A stretch of 64,000 nt of DNA from contig JAVKCG010000034.1 of NCBI GenBank assembly GCA_040222875.1, forward strand, positions 30,748-94,747, read 5' to 3'. The DNA is from Cyclobacteriaceae bacterium (lineage in GTDB: Bacteria > Bacteroidota > Bacteroidia > Cytophagales > Cyclobacteriaceae). The notes beneath the pieces are model-generated. The model was not told the DNA's origin. It searched no databases and saw nothing but the letters and a program-made list of their open reading frames with translations. Below, piece after piece: positions 20,601-26,989 of this stretch (position 1 is its first letter; the number at the start of each line of letters is the position of its first letter). A program made the translations under genes and the position numbers.

Positions 20601-23600
20601 ACCTTCCAGATTCTTGCACTACCGTTATTCGTACCATCAGTAGTTCCATTGTTATAGTCACCGGTTAATGCTGTACCCGTTCCACCATTAGTACCCCAAA
20701 CCAAGAATTCTTCATCGCCAAGGTCGGTTGCAGAACCAATCGTTAAAACCCCATTACCACTTTCACTTAATGAGGATGTTTGATTCAACTCCTGCGAATC
20801 GTCCTGGCCAACGCCAGCAATGTCATTGTCAAAAGTGGCATCTTGTGGATAGATATCCGTTCCACTGATTGTATAACCGAAAGTACCCATATCAAGGGTT
20901 AAACCGTATTTAATGGCCAAATAAGTTTCAACATCTCTACGGTCGGCATCAGTCAATCGACTGCTGTAACTTATTACTTCTGCAATTCCACCATCATAGT
21001 TATTATCATCTAATAGGTTATCTCCTAATCTATAAGGCTCATCCGACAAATTTGAAAATGTGTTGAATAAAGTAGGATTGATAGTTGCCCCATTAAAGAA
21101 TATATCATGGAACGTTGGAGTTCCATCATCGTCATGCACACTCAAAACAAATGGCTCATTTGCAGTTGATAATTGAGCTCCTGTATAGGCGCTTCTGTAA
21201 CTGCCACCACCTTCATCCACACCATGAATAATCACGTCACCACCAACTACACCATCAGTCTGTGTTCCTATCCATAATCCACTAAAATCAGCGGCTTGAA
21301 AACCCACTGCAAATCCATTGGCACTACCATCAACATCAACATCAGGTTGAAGAACAAGAAAATATTCGTTTGTATAAAAGCCTGCACCCCCATCTAGTTC
21401 TGCTGTACCGTTAAAGTCTACTGCTGGATTTCCATTGATCTCCGATGCAATTAATGTCGCATCTGAACCGCTAGTGGCGTCGTTTCCGTTGCCACTTTGG
21501 TCTTGCCATTCGTCCATAGTTCCTGAGGTCACGACACCACCATTGTTTTCAGTACCGGCATTAGCCTTAAGCCATAAAGAAAGACCACTTGATTTATCAC
21601 CAGGAGCAATTACATCCTGCTCTACAAAGCTGAAATAATCACCGTCTGCCAAATTCACTGACACTGACCATGTAGATCCGCCATCCGTTAAACTTGTTAA
21701 GCTACCTCCTGTTCCAAGAGTAGGATCTCCATTTATCACATAAATGCTACTAACATTTGCTGGTAAGTCTGTCTTGTCAACTGTTATGGTAACATTGCCA
21801 ACATCCCCTGTTTCCTCAGCATGCCAAATTCTTGCGCTTCCAGTATTTGTTTGCCCATTGTAATCTCCGGTTTGATCTGTTGAAACACCTCCATTATGTC
21901 CCCATACCAGAAACTCGCCATCTGCTAAATCTGTGGCACTACCAACCGAAATTATTGATGTGCTATTCTCACTTTGAGAACTTATCTGATTAAGTTCTTG
22001 TGAATCATCTTGTCCAATTCCAGCAATATCATTATCAAATGTTGCATCAGATGAATAAATATCAGTGCCATTGATAGTATAACCTGTTGTCGAGATGTCG
22101 AGTGTTATCCCATACTTAATGGCCAGGTAGCTTTCTACATTTCTTCTTGCACTTGCCGTAAGTTCTGAATCAAACAATATTATTTCTGTAACAAATCCTG
22201 AAATATCACTGGTACCACCAAAGCCTCCATTCGTTTCGTTATCTGCCTCTTGCCCAATTACAAATGCACCATCATTAGCCAACGAAGCAATCGCATTAAA
22301 GGTGGTAGTAACAGCTGTACCCCCATTCTGAAAAACATTGCCTTGATCATCACTTGTATTCCAATCCGCTACAAGCACCTGGGGAAAACCATCTGTAAAA
22401 TCGATACTCCCCATATCATTCTGATCCCCATTAATTTCAAAATTCAGGTCATTCAAAGTAGAGATTGCTACTTCATCTGTACCATTAACATTGTATGTTA
22501 CTATAGCACTTGTTGCCGCCTCAGTGGTGGATTGAACACTAAAAAATGTGAATGCATTGGCTGGCATTATGGGATAATCTTCAAAAACGAAGTAGTCATC
22601 GATGAATTCTAGGGCAGGATTGCCATTGACTGCGCTTTCCCTGAAAGTTGGACCACCCTCTGCAATTGCAAAAGATTGTGTAAACTCCGAAGCATTGGCT
22701 GACTGATCCGTCCAACTGTCAACTTCTTCTCCTTCTGAAGCAAGACTGCCAGAATTATCAGCATCCGCATCAGCTTTTAACCATAGGTTCAAACCAGTAA
22801 TCTCATTACCTGGGCTAATAGTTTCAACAAAGCTGAAATAATCACCATCTGAGAAGTTTACATTCACGGTCCAAACGGCACCACCATCCACTAATGCTGT
22901 CAGGGTACCACCTGTACCAAGTGCAGCATCGGCATTTTTAACATATATCTGATTGACGGTTCCCGGTAAATCTGTCTTGTTTATGGTAAGGGTTATTGTT
23001 CCAACATCACCAGTCTCTTCTACTTTCCAAATTCTTGCGCTACCATTATTAGTTCTTCCAAAATAGTCTCCTGTCTGACTTGCGGAAGTGCTGCCGTTGT
23101 TACCCAAAATGAGGAATTCGCCATCGGTTTGATCGCTAGGGCTTCCAATAGCTATCACTGCACTAGTATTTATACTTTGAGAAGTTGTCTGATTAAAACC
23201 CTGAGAATCATCCTGACCAATTCCAACTATGTCGTTGTCAAAGGTCGCATCTACTGCATAAAGAGTCGTAGCGCCAAGCGTATAACCTTCGGATGAAATG
23301 TCAAGTGAAATACCATATTTTAAGGCCAGATATGATTCTACATCTCTTTGATCGCTGGCATTCAAATTGTTGTCATAAACAATAATTTCAGCAATATCTC
23401 CGTCTAGTGTGAACCCAGTTCCATTCGTTCTTGCACCTATCAGCACATTTGTAGTCTCAGTTCCTGTGCCAATTGCTCCTCCAGAGATTTCTGAACCCCC
23501 ATCTACATATGTATCAACTCCAGTTCCACCTTCAGTTATTGATGATGCCAGACTCCAATTTCCTGTTACAGTTGCGGTTGATGCATGGTTTGCTCCCCTG

Positions 23601-24091
23601 TTTCTTACTACAAATTCATTCCCACTTACATAATATTGATATTGCCTCGTATCTCCTGTTCCAGATAGAGCTCTTGAAAACAGGGTCCCTTGCTCATTAA
23701 CAACAACATTATAAATGATAAAAACAGACCAATCATCGGTATCTGGATCGAAATCAAGAACGTCACCTAAATCAAGGAAATCATCAGTTCCGGCAGTTGA
23801 AAAAGATATTGCCGGATAACCATTTACCTGATTAGTATTGAAGGTCGGTCTGGCGGCAGCGGTTCCTTGCGAAGCATCCAGGTTATTTGCTGTTTGGTCA
23901 CGCCAGTCGTCTACACCATCGCCGTCTTCAGCAGCAGTTCCATCAGCTTCTTCTACGTTGGCATCAGCTTTAAGCCAGAGATTAAGGTTGCCGCCGTCCA
24001 CATCGCCGGGGGCTTGGGCGGATGATTTAACGTTGACTAAACATGCGATCAAGCACAGTAGCCCCGAAATCTTCCCAAATGAATTTTTCAT
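11693..24091 (-). CDS. Giant (4132 aa) T9SS-secreted modular surface protein: 7 LamG-like modules, 4 Ig-like (choice-of-anchor-D type) domains, a central Cys/Gly-rich domain and a T9SS C-terminal sorting domain
   Basis: A single uninterrupted ORF with an N-terminal signal peptide. It has seven repeats of LW(L/T)(K/R)AD ... IAE(V/I)I(V/L)Y ... R(R/Q)(D/R)VE(S/T)YL(A/G)(I/L)KYGI(T/S)L ... DNDIAGIG(Q/R)DD. The C-terminus is LNMTLYPNPANDHLNVSF ... GVYIAEVKIG. Confidence 0.95.
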   Translation of the reverse strand: MKNSFGKISGLLCLIACLVNVKSSAQAPGDVDGGNLNLWLKADANVEEADGTAAEDGDGVDDWRDQTANNLDASQGTAAARPTFNTNQVNGYPAISFSTAGTDDFLDLGDVLDFDPDTDDWSVFIIYNVVVNEQGTLFSRALSGTGDTRQYQYYVSGNEFVVRNRGANHASTATVTGNWSLASSITEGGTGVDTYVDGGSEISGGAIGTGTETTNVLIGARTNGTGFTLDGDIAEIIVYDNNLNASDQRDVESYLALKYGISLDISSEGYTLGATTLYAVDATFDNDIVGIGQDDSQGFNQTTSQSINTSAVIAIGSPSDQTDGEFLILGNNGSTSASQTGDYFGRTNNGSARIWKVEETGDVGTITLTINKTDLPGTVNQIYVKNADAALGTGGTLTALVDGGAVWTVNVNFSDGDYFSFVETISPGNEITGLNLWLKADADADNSGSLASEGEEVDSWTDQSANASEFTQSFAIAEGGPTFRESAVNGNPALEFIDDYFVFEDYPIMPANAFTFFSVQSTTEAATSAIVTYNVNGTDEVAISTLNDLNFEINGDQNDMGSIDFTDGFPQVLVADWNTSDDQGNVFQNGGTAVTTTFNAIASLANDGAFVIGQEADNETNGGFGGTSDISGFVTEIILFDSELTASARRNVESYLAIKYGITLDISTTGYTINGTDIYSSDATFDNDIAGIGQDDSQELNQISSQSENSTSIISVGSATDLADGEFLVWGHNGGVSTDQTGDYNGQTNTGSARIWHAEETGDVGNVTITVDKTDLPANVSSIYVINGDPTLGTGGSLTSLTDGGSTWSVSVNLADGDYFSFVEQDVIAPGDKSSGLSLWLKANAGTENNGGVVTSGTMDEWQDQSGNGNDATSGSDATLIASEINGNPAVDFNGTAELDGGAGFYTNEYFLVLQPDVDVDGSANGFAVGFQAADFSGLWIGTQTDGVVGGDVIIHGVDEGGGSYRSAYTGAQLSTANEPFVLSVHDDDGTPTFHDIFFNGATINPTLFNTFSNLSDEPYRLGDNLLDDNNYDGGIAEVISYSSRLTDADRRDVETYLAIKYGLTLDMGTFGYTISGTDIYPQDATFDNDIAGVGQDDSQELNQTSSLSESGNGVLTIGSATDLGDEEFLVWGTNGGTGTALTGDYNNGTTDGTNNGSARIWKVVQTGDVGTVTLTIDGANLPTGVTHIIVDNDSDLSSPEQVIALTGGSPFTVDVAFTDDATSYFSFIGFPEIAVSGNATNIVDGDATPDAGDDTDFGQADIAAGSVTNTFTITNSGNVALSISSVNISGSEAADFSVTSSPTSPVAAGGGTTTFDVTFNPSALGARDATITINSDDTDETAFDYAIQGTGANLPEMSIEGNSVEIVNGDATPTAVDDTDFGDTKTSIATTFTVVNDGTATLTLGSNAASVSNTTDFSVTSQPATTVAATGGTTTFEITFTPSGSGQFTSTVTVTNDDSDESPYTFTIRGTNLQSPGAVLTDLNLWLRADADADNTGSLATEGQEVDNWTDQSINGTILTQPLGVGEGGPTFRETSINSNPALEFDDDYIAVENYSIMPPDAFTFFAVEFSTATNFGGLFSYAVGTTDEVVIAELNALEVDIHADQNDIGVDFVNGIPQVMAIDFDEVSDGLNVFQNGTLAGTSTFNENTATIQNDGLVVLGQETDNEVGGGFAGGEELVGTVAEVILYASELSAADRRDVESYLAIKYGITLDISSTGYTLANGATVLYAPDATFDNDIAGIGSDIDQALTQTTSQSVNASAILQVSNAQAQASGDFLLWGTNGGAATALTGDYNGIINNGIARIWKVEETNDVGTVTLTINQADVPASINAIYVHNDPALGTGGTVTPLTDGGSTWTVDLDLSDGDYFSYITIQEMSVEGNNVEITDGDITPDAADHTDFGTTDTGSQTIVRTFTINNTGGADLILDGSPVIALSGSSDFTVTSQATSPVGANSSVDFEITFDPSAVGTVTATVSIENNDTDEDPYTFDISGTGAIIPEMLVEGSSTEIPNGDTTPSVSDDTNFGSVDVDNSDTHTFTITNAGSADLNLTGGPIVALSGATTHFSVTTQPSTPVTASGGTTTFQVQFAPTAAGVHQVTVSIDNDDSDENPYTFTLQGSGTAAGGGSSGDFDCNCVAGSSDITVTSDVILNDYFPGGADALSGTQTITLGPMRTGTGVPGNGISDGDLLLLIQMQGVEINSTLPDDRLNNSYGDGSGGNDRAGFVETEDFTAGQYEFVVVTDASGYNTGSGGTILVKNPVVNTYNHEVTQANFSSDLGRQTFQLVRVANHLNVTINGGASVNAAPWNGRTGGIIVMDAFTSLTLNGTIDVDGMGFRGGLRTTADVRPDNESPEVGYRGEGYAGTPSQTHGYDEAPVLGGSLVGATLPGAESPGYPGSSATLDVTSDLGTSPYTMTYFADRGHGGPGNAGGAGRYDGSGGGGGAGNPGGTGSYPNDGEITELGNPTNPDNEFSNQGIGGGAKDIENGARAFLGGGGGSGGIDDEGGFTQVAASGQPGGGIVILRANSITGTGGITANGQDGATQTEEGAGGGGAGGSVIIVTDTEDLNGLTLTSEGGDGSTTSNGNDAGGGGGSGGEIVIIRRGGIVSVLPTVSVVGGAAGASGAGAGVAAGGSGGFETTSLPPAANLDCPLINVPPAAPGGVAGVLVWTKADTDVTYNGSNQVSQWIDQSTNGWVLDLDAGGQLSTTGSNPEITLSDSDFNGNPSINFADATDYLGFTGFSNFPNSEIDAFVVSQTSNQSQDQTIFSYMDDADSDNDIRLLLEADGSIDQFNNTLQTTTATEIRDGIPRIVNTRYVDGNDDTEILVNNQSLATTSGTDVTLNTGLTDGTFIIGQDIDNLTDGGFSSSSRFIGEIGEVIIYPMDLTATERQRVDSYLGIKYGITLFQDQDYLNSIAETIFPGSTETVYDNDIAGIGRDDGSGLIQLQSRSVNQNIATGAILTGSKSSFAVDRSFVVWGSNGVTTPTFNATGGTPAELTDILDLEWKAYVSNTPGNIDLSFDLSNTTNQPASTAVMAIVIDEDLDGDFTTGTLRVEPYDSYDGTTASFSNIMFNDGEPFTIGVLPVAPGGVSADLTLWTKADAGTRNNGGDVTSGVVDEWVDQSTAGNDVTGTEEPTLQAADESFNFNPFLDFTAQGHLFGSNPMNTNSDGSTFLIGSNTSLTAGDVGVGFGAAATDPSLGTSGSDLRFVDDNSTPQGVSHSVALTADMTHLLGVTWINGTDQTTNLRLDGDGDNFTTMDISSDQAVHIGAEANSGSNRWDGNIAEVVVYTDDLTANELQRVESYLAIKYGITLDQSTSRDYVASNSAVIFPASSSNPDFITYSNDIAGIGRDDQSTLSQTQSKSINSDAIMTITNGNDPANPASFTNNFTFVAWGNDNDDNGTIEEVSSDLPSNVTARLDREWRASVTGTPGDLTLQFDLSGITGVGSDFSARTVADFKVLVDADGDFTDGFVQSFDATSFDSGTEIVTITGVTLGDNDIFTLSTAIPAKGPGGVTSGLQLWLRADMGAFQDLAASSDADTDGQNVLRWDDQVSSQQYTNDVFGNVSNAIPTYRTDVEGFNFNPAIQFNNDGTENDYLANATSNIWGSELSFFSVFQTNDTGGTMFSYDDDSSEPDEFAVNSTEALSFELSEGNTGSDYTDQNLSDNRTHIMALDWDEATDVYNLYIDGASEGSNPGSLTSDAIPDGGVAVIGQNVNDITTGGGQDGGFISGDGYDDFIGEFVVYDQVLTASERQRVETYLGLKYGIWLNNGNPDHVSSSGTVIFPGGNGSFDNDIAGIGRDDLSDLIQMTSKSNENSSILTVQKNTDFNADEQFVVWAHNGASVGSSVTTNLPSGIESRMGRVWQFDLTNSPTGTVDITLDLTGTSSIDTDDLRLLFDANNPSMTNSTIIDPTVVDNGDGTYTFTGIALSNFSDGGYFTLGSNDPSTPLPIELIFFAGESTDRGVQLKWATATEVNNDFFTIERSTDILNFEEIVTVSGAGNSQERLDYSYLDMSPIPGIGYYRLKQTDFDGTTSYSKVIVVTTASVGDLNMTLYPNPANDHLNVSFNQALNVDFMTVRVIPLTGKDYGEFRFENPGQISIPLSTYADGVYIAEVKIGSLVWRRRFVKRD
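11696..11941 (-). other. T9SS C-terminal sorting domain (type A, Por_Secre_tail-like), aa ~4051-4132
   Basis: DLNMTLYPNPANDHLNVSFNQ ... DGVYIAEVKIGSLVWRRRFVKRD. It is preceded (aa ~3949-4050) by the frequent pre-CTD domain IELIFFAG ... LKWATATEVNNDFFTIERS ... GYYRLKQTDFDGT. Confidence 0.85.
12248..16111 (-). repeat. LamG-like modules 5-7 (aa ~2661-3948), a divergent subtype
   Basis: Module starts are GVLVWTKADT, DLTLWTKADA and GLQLWLRADM. Helix motifs are RQRVDSYLGIKYGITL, LQRVESYLAIKYGITL and RQRVETYLGLKYGIWL. The trailing domain carries LD(L/R)EW(K/R)A.V..TPG instead of ARIWKVEETGDVG. Confidence 0.75.
16112..17725 (-). other. Central non-LamG region (aa ~2123-2660): Cys-containing domain followed by a glycine-rich, beta-helix-like tract
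   Basis: GDFDCNCVAGSSDITVTSDVILNDYFPGG ... GDLLLLIQMQG ... NGRTGGIIVMDA is followed by GGPGNAGGAGRYDGSGGGGGAGNPGG ... GGGIVILRANSITGTGGITANG ... GGGGAGGSVIIVTD ... GGGGGSGGEIVIIRRGG ... GGAAGASGAGAGVAAGGSGG, then LDCPL. Confidence 0.6.
17726..18463 (-). repeat. Ig-like domain pair 2 (choice-of-anchor-D / ASH-like), aa ~1877-2122
   Basis: Same pattern as pair 1: DGDITPDAADHTDFG ... FTINNTGGADL ... DFTVTSQATSPV ... NNDTDEDPYTFDISGTG, and NGDTTPSVSDDTNFG ... FTITNAGSADL ... NDDSDENPYTFTLQGSG. Confidence 0.7.
18464..19672 (-). repeat. LamG-like module 4 (aa ~1474-1876), closest paralog of module 2
   Basis: DLNLWLRADADADNTGSLATEGQEVDNWTDQS ... GGPTFRETSINSNPALEFDDDY compares with module 2 GLNLWLKADADADNSGSLASEGEEVDSWTDQS ... 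GGPTFRESAVNGNPALEFIDDY. Confidence 0.8.
19673..20398 (-). repeat. Ig-like domain pair 1 (choice-of-anchor-D / ASH-like), aa ~1232-1473
   Basis: Two ~120-aa repeats share the pattern DGDATP..DDTDFG ... TFT(I/V).N.G ... DFSVTS.P...VAA.GGTTTF(D/E)(V/I)TF.PS ... N(S/D)DD(T/S)DE..(F/Y).(Y/F).I.GT. Confidence 0.7.
20399..23995 (-). repeat. LamG-like modules 1-3 (aa ~33-1231), each about 400 aa
   Basis: Module starts are NLNLWLKADA (aa 36), GLNLWLKADA (aa 433) and GLSLWLKANA (aa 836). Each module ends with ARIW(K/H)(V/A)(E/V)(E/Q)TGDVG(T/N)(I/V)T(L/I)T and DGDYFSF or SYFSF. Confidence 0.8.
24011..24091 (-). other. Signal peptide of the giant protein (aa 1-27)
   Basis: MKNSFGKISGLLCLIACLVNVKSSAQA / PGD: positively charged N-terminus, hydrophobic core and an AxA-like cleavage site. 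Confidence 0.7.
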
Positions 24092-24457
24092 ATAATTAAA
24101 CCTGTCTAATCTACAGAGCGATGTCCCAACTTAGCCCAACACAAAAATATCAAGACCAAGCGTATTTCCTGACTAAAGCTACATACTTCGATCAAACAAT
24201 GGCTTTTATCGACAAATCAATGATAGACGGTCATATATTAAGAATTATTACGAGGTTGGGCGAGGATAATAATCTGGTCACTTCGAGATATCAATACCAT
24301 ATGTTATCAGAATCCTAGTTTTACCTCATTTAGGCCTTGTTGTTTGGCAAATTATATACTTGGCAAACCACGTCCGTACACATTTTCGATTAATGCCGCC
24401 GTACACACGATAAATTTAGGTTTCTTTAAGCCCGCTAAACATTAATGATCCTTAACA

Positions 24458-25570
24458 ATGACCCACCTCATCTTTTTAAGAAAAAAGGCAATTCTCATTC
24501 TGATCATATTAGGTTGCCATGGTTGCACAGAAAAAGGCCAGGAAAAAACAATCAGAAATGGTCCTGTCTTGGATTCCGATAAAGCAGAATACCTGCACCA
24601 TTTTGCTTTTGATTGTATTGATCAGGAATACCCCAATAAACTCGGTCAGACGCTTGGTGATTCAACCTATCTTGCCCAACCCCATGAATTGCATCCTGCA
24701 TTTTACGGTTGTTTTGACTGGCATTCCGCCGTTCATGGGCATTGGACATTAGTGAATCTATTGAGGTTATTCCCTGACTTTGAAAAAGCTGAAGCAATAC
24801 TTCAAAAATTGGAAACCAATATTACTTCTGAAAATATCCGAATTGAGTTGGAATACTTTGACGACCCCCATAACAAAAGTTATGAACGCACATATGGTTG
24901 GGTTTGGCTATTCAAGCTGGCAGAAGCCTTGAATCAATGGGATCATTCATCAGCAGAGAAAATGGCCCAAAACATACAGCTATTGGTAGATACTCTTGAG
25001 GTTAAAATGATCGAGTTTTTGCCGAAGCTAAGCTATCCGATTAGGGTTGGTGAACACCCCAACACTGCGTTTGCGCTTTCATTTGCCTTGGATTATGCCA
25101 GGAGCTTACAACGTTCAGAATTTGAACAAATCATCATTTCAAGGGCAAAAGAATACTATCTGAATGATAAAGGCTGTCCAATAACATGGGAGCCAGGTGG
25201 GTTCGATTTCCTGTCCCCATGCCTTCAGGAGGCCTCATTGATGGCTAAGGTGTTGCCCTCAGAGGAGTTCAAGGTATGGATAAACAGATTTATGCCAGGG
25301 CTGCTGGACAATCCTGCCGAATATATGCAACCTGTCAGCGTTACGGATAAATCAGACGGTAAGCTGGCCCATTTAGATGGGCTCAATTTTAGCAGGGCAT
25401 GGTGCTTATATGAGATTGGTTATCAAATGGACAAACCCGAATTAGTTCAGCTGGCAAATGACCATTTTAATGCGAGTTACGACAAAATGGATGCTGGTGA
25501 GTATGCCGGGAGCCATTGGTTGGCAAGTTTTGCACTTTATGCCCTTATTATGGACCAATGGCTGAAATAA
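24458..25570 (+). CDS. DUF2891 domain protein (lipoprotein-like N-terminus)
   Basis: HPAFYGCFDWHSAVHGHWTLVNLLR is the conserved DUF2891 block as I recall it. N-terminus is ILILIILGCHGC. Confidence 0.6.
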   Translation: MTHLIFLRKKAILILIILGCHGCTEKGQEKTIRNGPVLDSDKAEYLHHFAFDCIDQEYPNKLGQTLGDSTYLAQPHELHPAFYGCFDWHSAVHGHWTLVNLLRLFPDFEKAEAILQKLETNITSENIRIELEYFDDPHNKSYERTYGWVWLFKLAEALNQWDHSSAEKMAQNIQLLVDTLEVKMIEFLPKLSYPIRVGEHPNTAFALSFALDYARSLQRSEFEQIIISRAKEYYLNDKGCPITWEPGGFDFLSPCLQEASLMAKVLPSEEFKVWINRFMPGLLDNPAEYMQPVSVTDKSDGKLAHLDGLNFSRAWCLYEIGYQMDKPELVQLANDHFNASYDKMDAGEYAGSHWLASFALYALIMDQWLK

Positions 25571-26556
25571 TCAGTGTTCTGATGCCGGTGAAAAACGCCG
25601 GGAAATTTTTAGCAGAGACAATTGAATCCATCATTGGACAGTCATTCAGGGATTGGGAATTGATAGCTATTGATGATAGTTCAGAAGATGATTCCGTCGA
25701 AATTCTCCAACATTTCAATCAGCTAGATTCGAGAATTAATTACTTCCAAAATGATGATCAGGGAATAATTGCAGCACTTCAGAAAGGATATTTTGAAAGC
25801 AGAGGTCAGCATATAACCCGGATTGATGCCGATGATATCATGCCATCTGATCGGCTAAGTCAAATGGTAACATTGCTAAAAGATGCGCCTCCTAAAACCA
25901 TAGTCACAGGCCAGGTGAAATATTTCGGTCGGAAGCCTATTTCTGAAGGTTATCTGAAATATGAAAACTGGTTAAATGAGAGATGTAAAGAGAAGGATCA
26001 TTGGAACTGGGTCTATCGAGAGTGTGTCGTGGCATCACCAAATTGGCTCGTGAGAAAATCTGAGTTAGAAGCTTTAGGAGGATTTCAAAGCCTCTGCTAT
26101 CCCGAGGATTACGACCTCACTTTTAAATTGTATCAAAATGGTTTTCATATTCACTCAGTTAATGACACTACATTACTTTGGCGTGAACATCCTGACCGCA
26201 CAAGCAGAAATTCCAGCCATTATAATCAAGAGAGCTTTTTTAGGCTCAAGCTGGATCACTTCATAAAATATGAACTGAAAGATGAAGAATTGCTGCTATG
26301 GGGTGTAGGTGTCAAGGGTAAATTAACCGCTCAAATTCTTTTGGATCAATCCATTAAGTTTATCTGGATGGCAAAAGACTCTGCTCAATACAATTCTCCG
26401 ATATTTGGCATGGATATCAAAAATCCTGATCTTGATGCGAGAAAGAAACCTTACAAAATTTTGATAGCAGTTTACCCCGAAAATCAAGTCGACGATATCA
26501 TAGCTTACCTTAGTGGTTTCAATTTGAAAATGGGAACTGACTACTGGTTTTTATAG
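25558..26556 (+). CDS. Glycosyltransferase family 2 with extra C-terminal domain
   Basis: MAEIISVLMPVKNAGKFLAETIESIIGQSFRDWELIAIDDSSEDDS ... RIDADDIM. The ATG at 25558 overlaps the upstream stop; the track start at 25516 is less likely. Confidence 0.8.
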   Translation: MAEIISVLMPVKNAGKFLAETIESIIGQSFRDWELIAIDDSSEDDSVEILQHFNQLDSRINYFQNDDQGIIAALQKGYFESRGQHITRIDADDIMPSDRLSQMVTLLKDAPPKTIVTGQVKYFGRKPISEGYLKYENWLNERCKEKDHWNWVYRECVVASPNWLVRKSELEALGGFQSLCYPEDYDLTFKLYQNGFHIHSVNDTTLLWREHPDRTSRNSSHYNQESFFRLKLDHFIKYELKDEELLLWGVGVKGKLTAQILLDQSIKFIWMAKDSAQYNSPIFGMDIKNPDLDARKKPYKILIAVYPENQVDDIIAYLSGFNLKMGTDYWFL

Positions 26557-26563
26557 AATACAA

Positions 26564-26785
26564 ATGAACATCAAACTGATCTGGGATTTCCGTGGGCCTG
26601 ATGCCAGGGGTATAGCCGAACATTACAAAATCCATTTGGATGAATACGCTCTTAAAAACCACATAGAAGCTGAAAGTTGCATAGAAGAAATTACCGGAAT
26701 GTATTGCACCGCCTGGATGACTGTATCATCGGCTGATTCTGATAAGGTAAAATCTGCTTTGAGGCCGCATCGGGAAGAAAACTAA
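26564..26785 (+). CDS. Small hypothetical protein (73 aa)
   Basis: ORF only. It starts 8 nt after the GT2 stop on the same strand. No motif recognised. Confidence 0.35.
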   Translation: MNIKLIWDFRGPDARGIAEHYKIHLDEYALKNHIEAESCIEEITGMYCTAWMTVSSADSDKVKSALRPHREEN

Positions 26786-26989
26786 TTTTTTAAATCTACC
26801 CTTTTTCAGAGTTTTGAGATGGAAATCGAAAAACGATGAACCTTTACCCATTGAACACAAGTGAGATTCACACACTTTTTCTATTCATCAATCTCAAAAG
26901 TTCTGAATTACGGAGTGTGACTGCTTTACGCTCAAAATTCCAGGATAAATTTTCATTTATTCTGCGTAAATTCAAAGTACCAAGCAATC

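Noticed and set aside
11693-24091. The giant LamG protein as a diversity-generating retroelement (DGR) target
   Set aside because: There is no reverse transcriptase, accessory gene or template-repeat/variable-repeat pair with A-specific mismatches anywhere in the window. The internal repeats differ at all base types.
12318-24095. About 25 plus-strand ORFs of 60-173 aa in the track (for example 17841-18362, 20094-20420, 22250-22612, 23838-24095), all antisense to the giant gene
   Set aside because: They all lie inside the uninterrupted 4132-aa minus-strand ORF. Their translations are low-complexity (P/S/V/L-rich) mirror images of a D/T/G/N-rich sense frame. A biased codon composition like that removes stop codons from the antisense frames. 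None has start-site context or a recognisable motif.
24121-24318. 65-aa plus-strand ORF in the intergenic region upstream of the giant gene
   Set aside because: It has no motif and no obvious start context, and it lies in a region more plausibly occupied by the two divergent promoters. It cannot be excluded as a small protein, but nothing supports it.
24344-24367. TTGGCAAA-N8-TTGGCAAA as a sigma-54 (-24/-12) promoter
   Set aside because: The spacing does not fit GG-N10-GC and there is no TTGC element at the right distance from TGGCA. It is kept only as a generic direct repeat.
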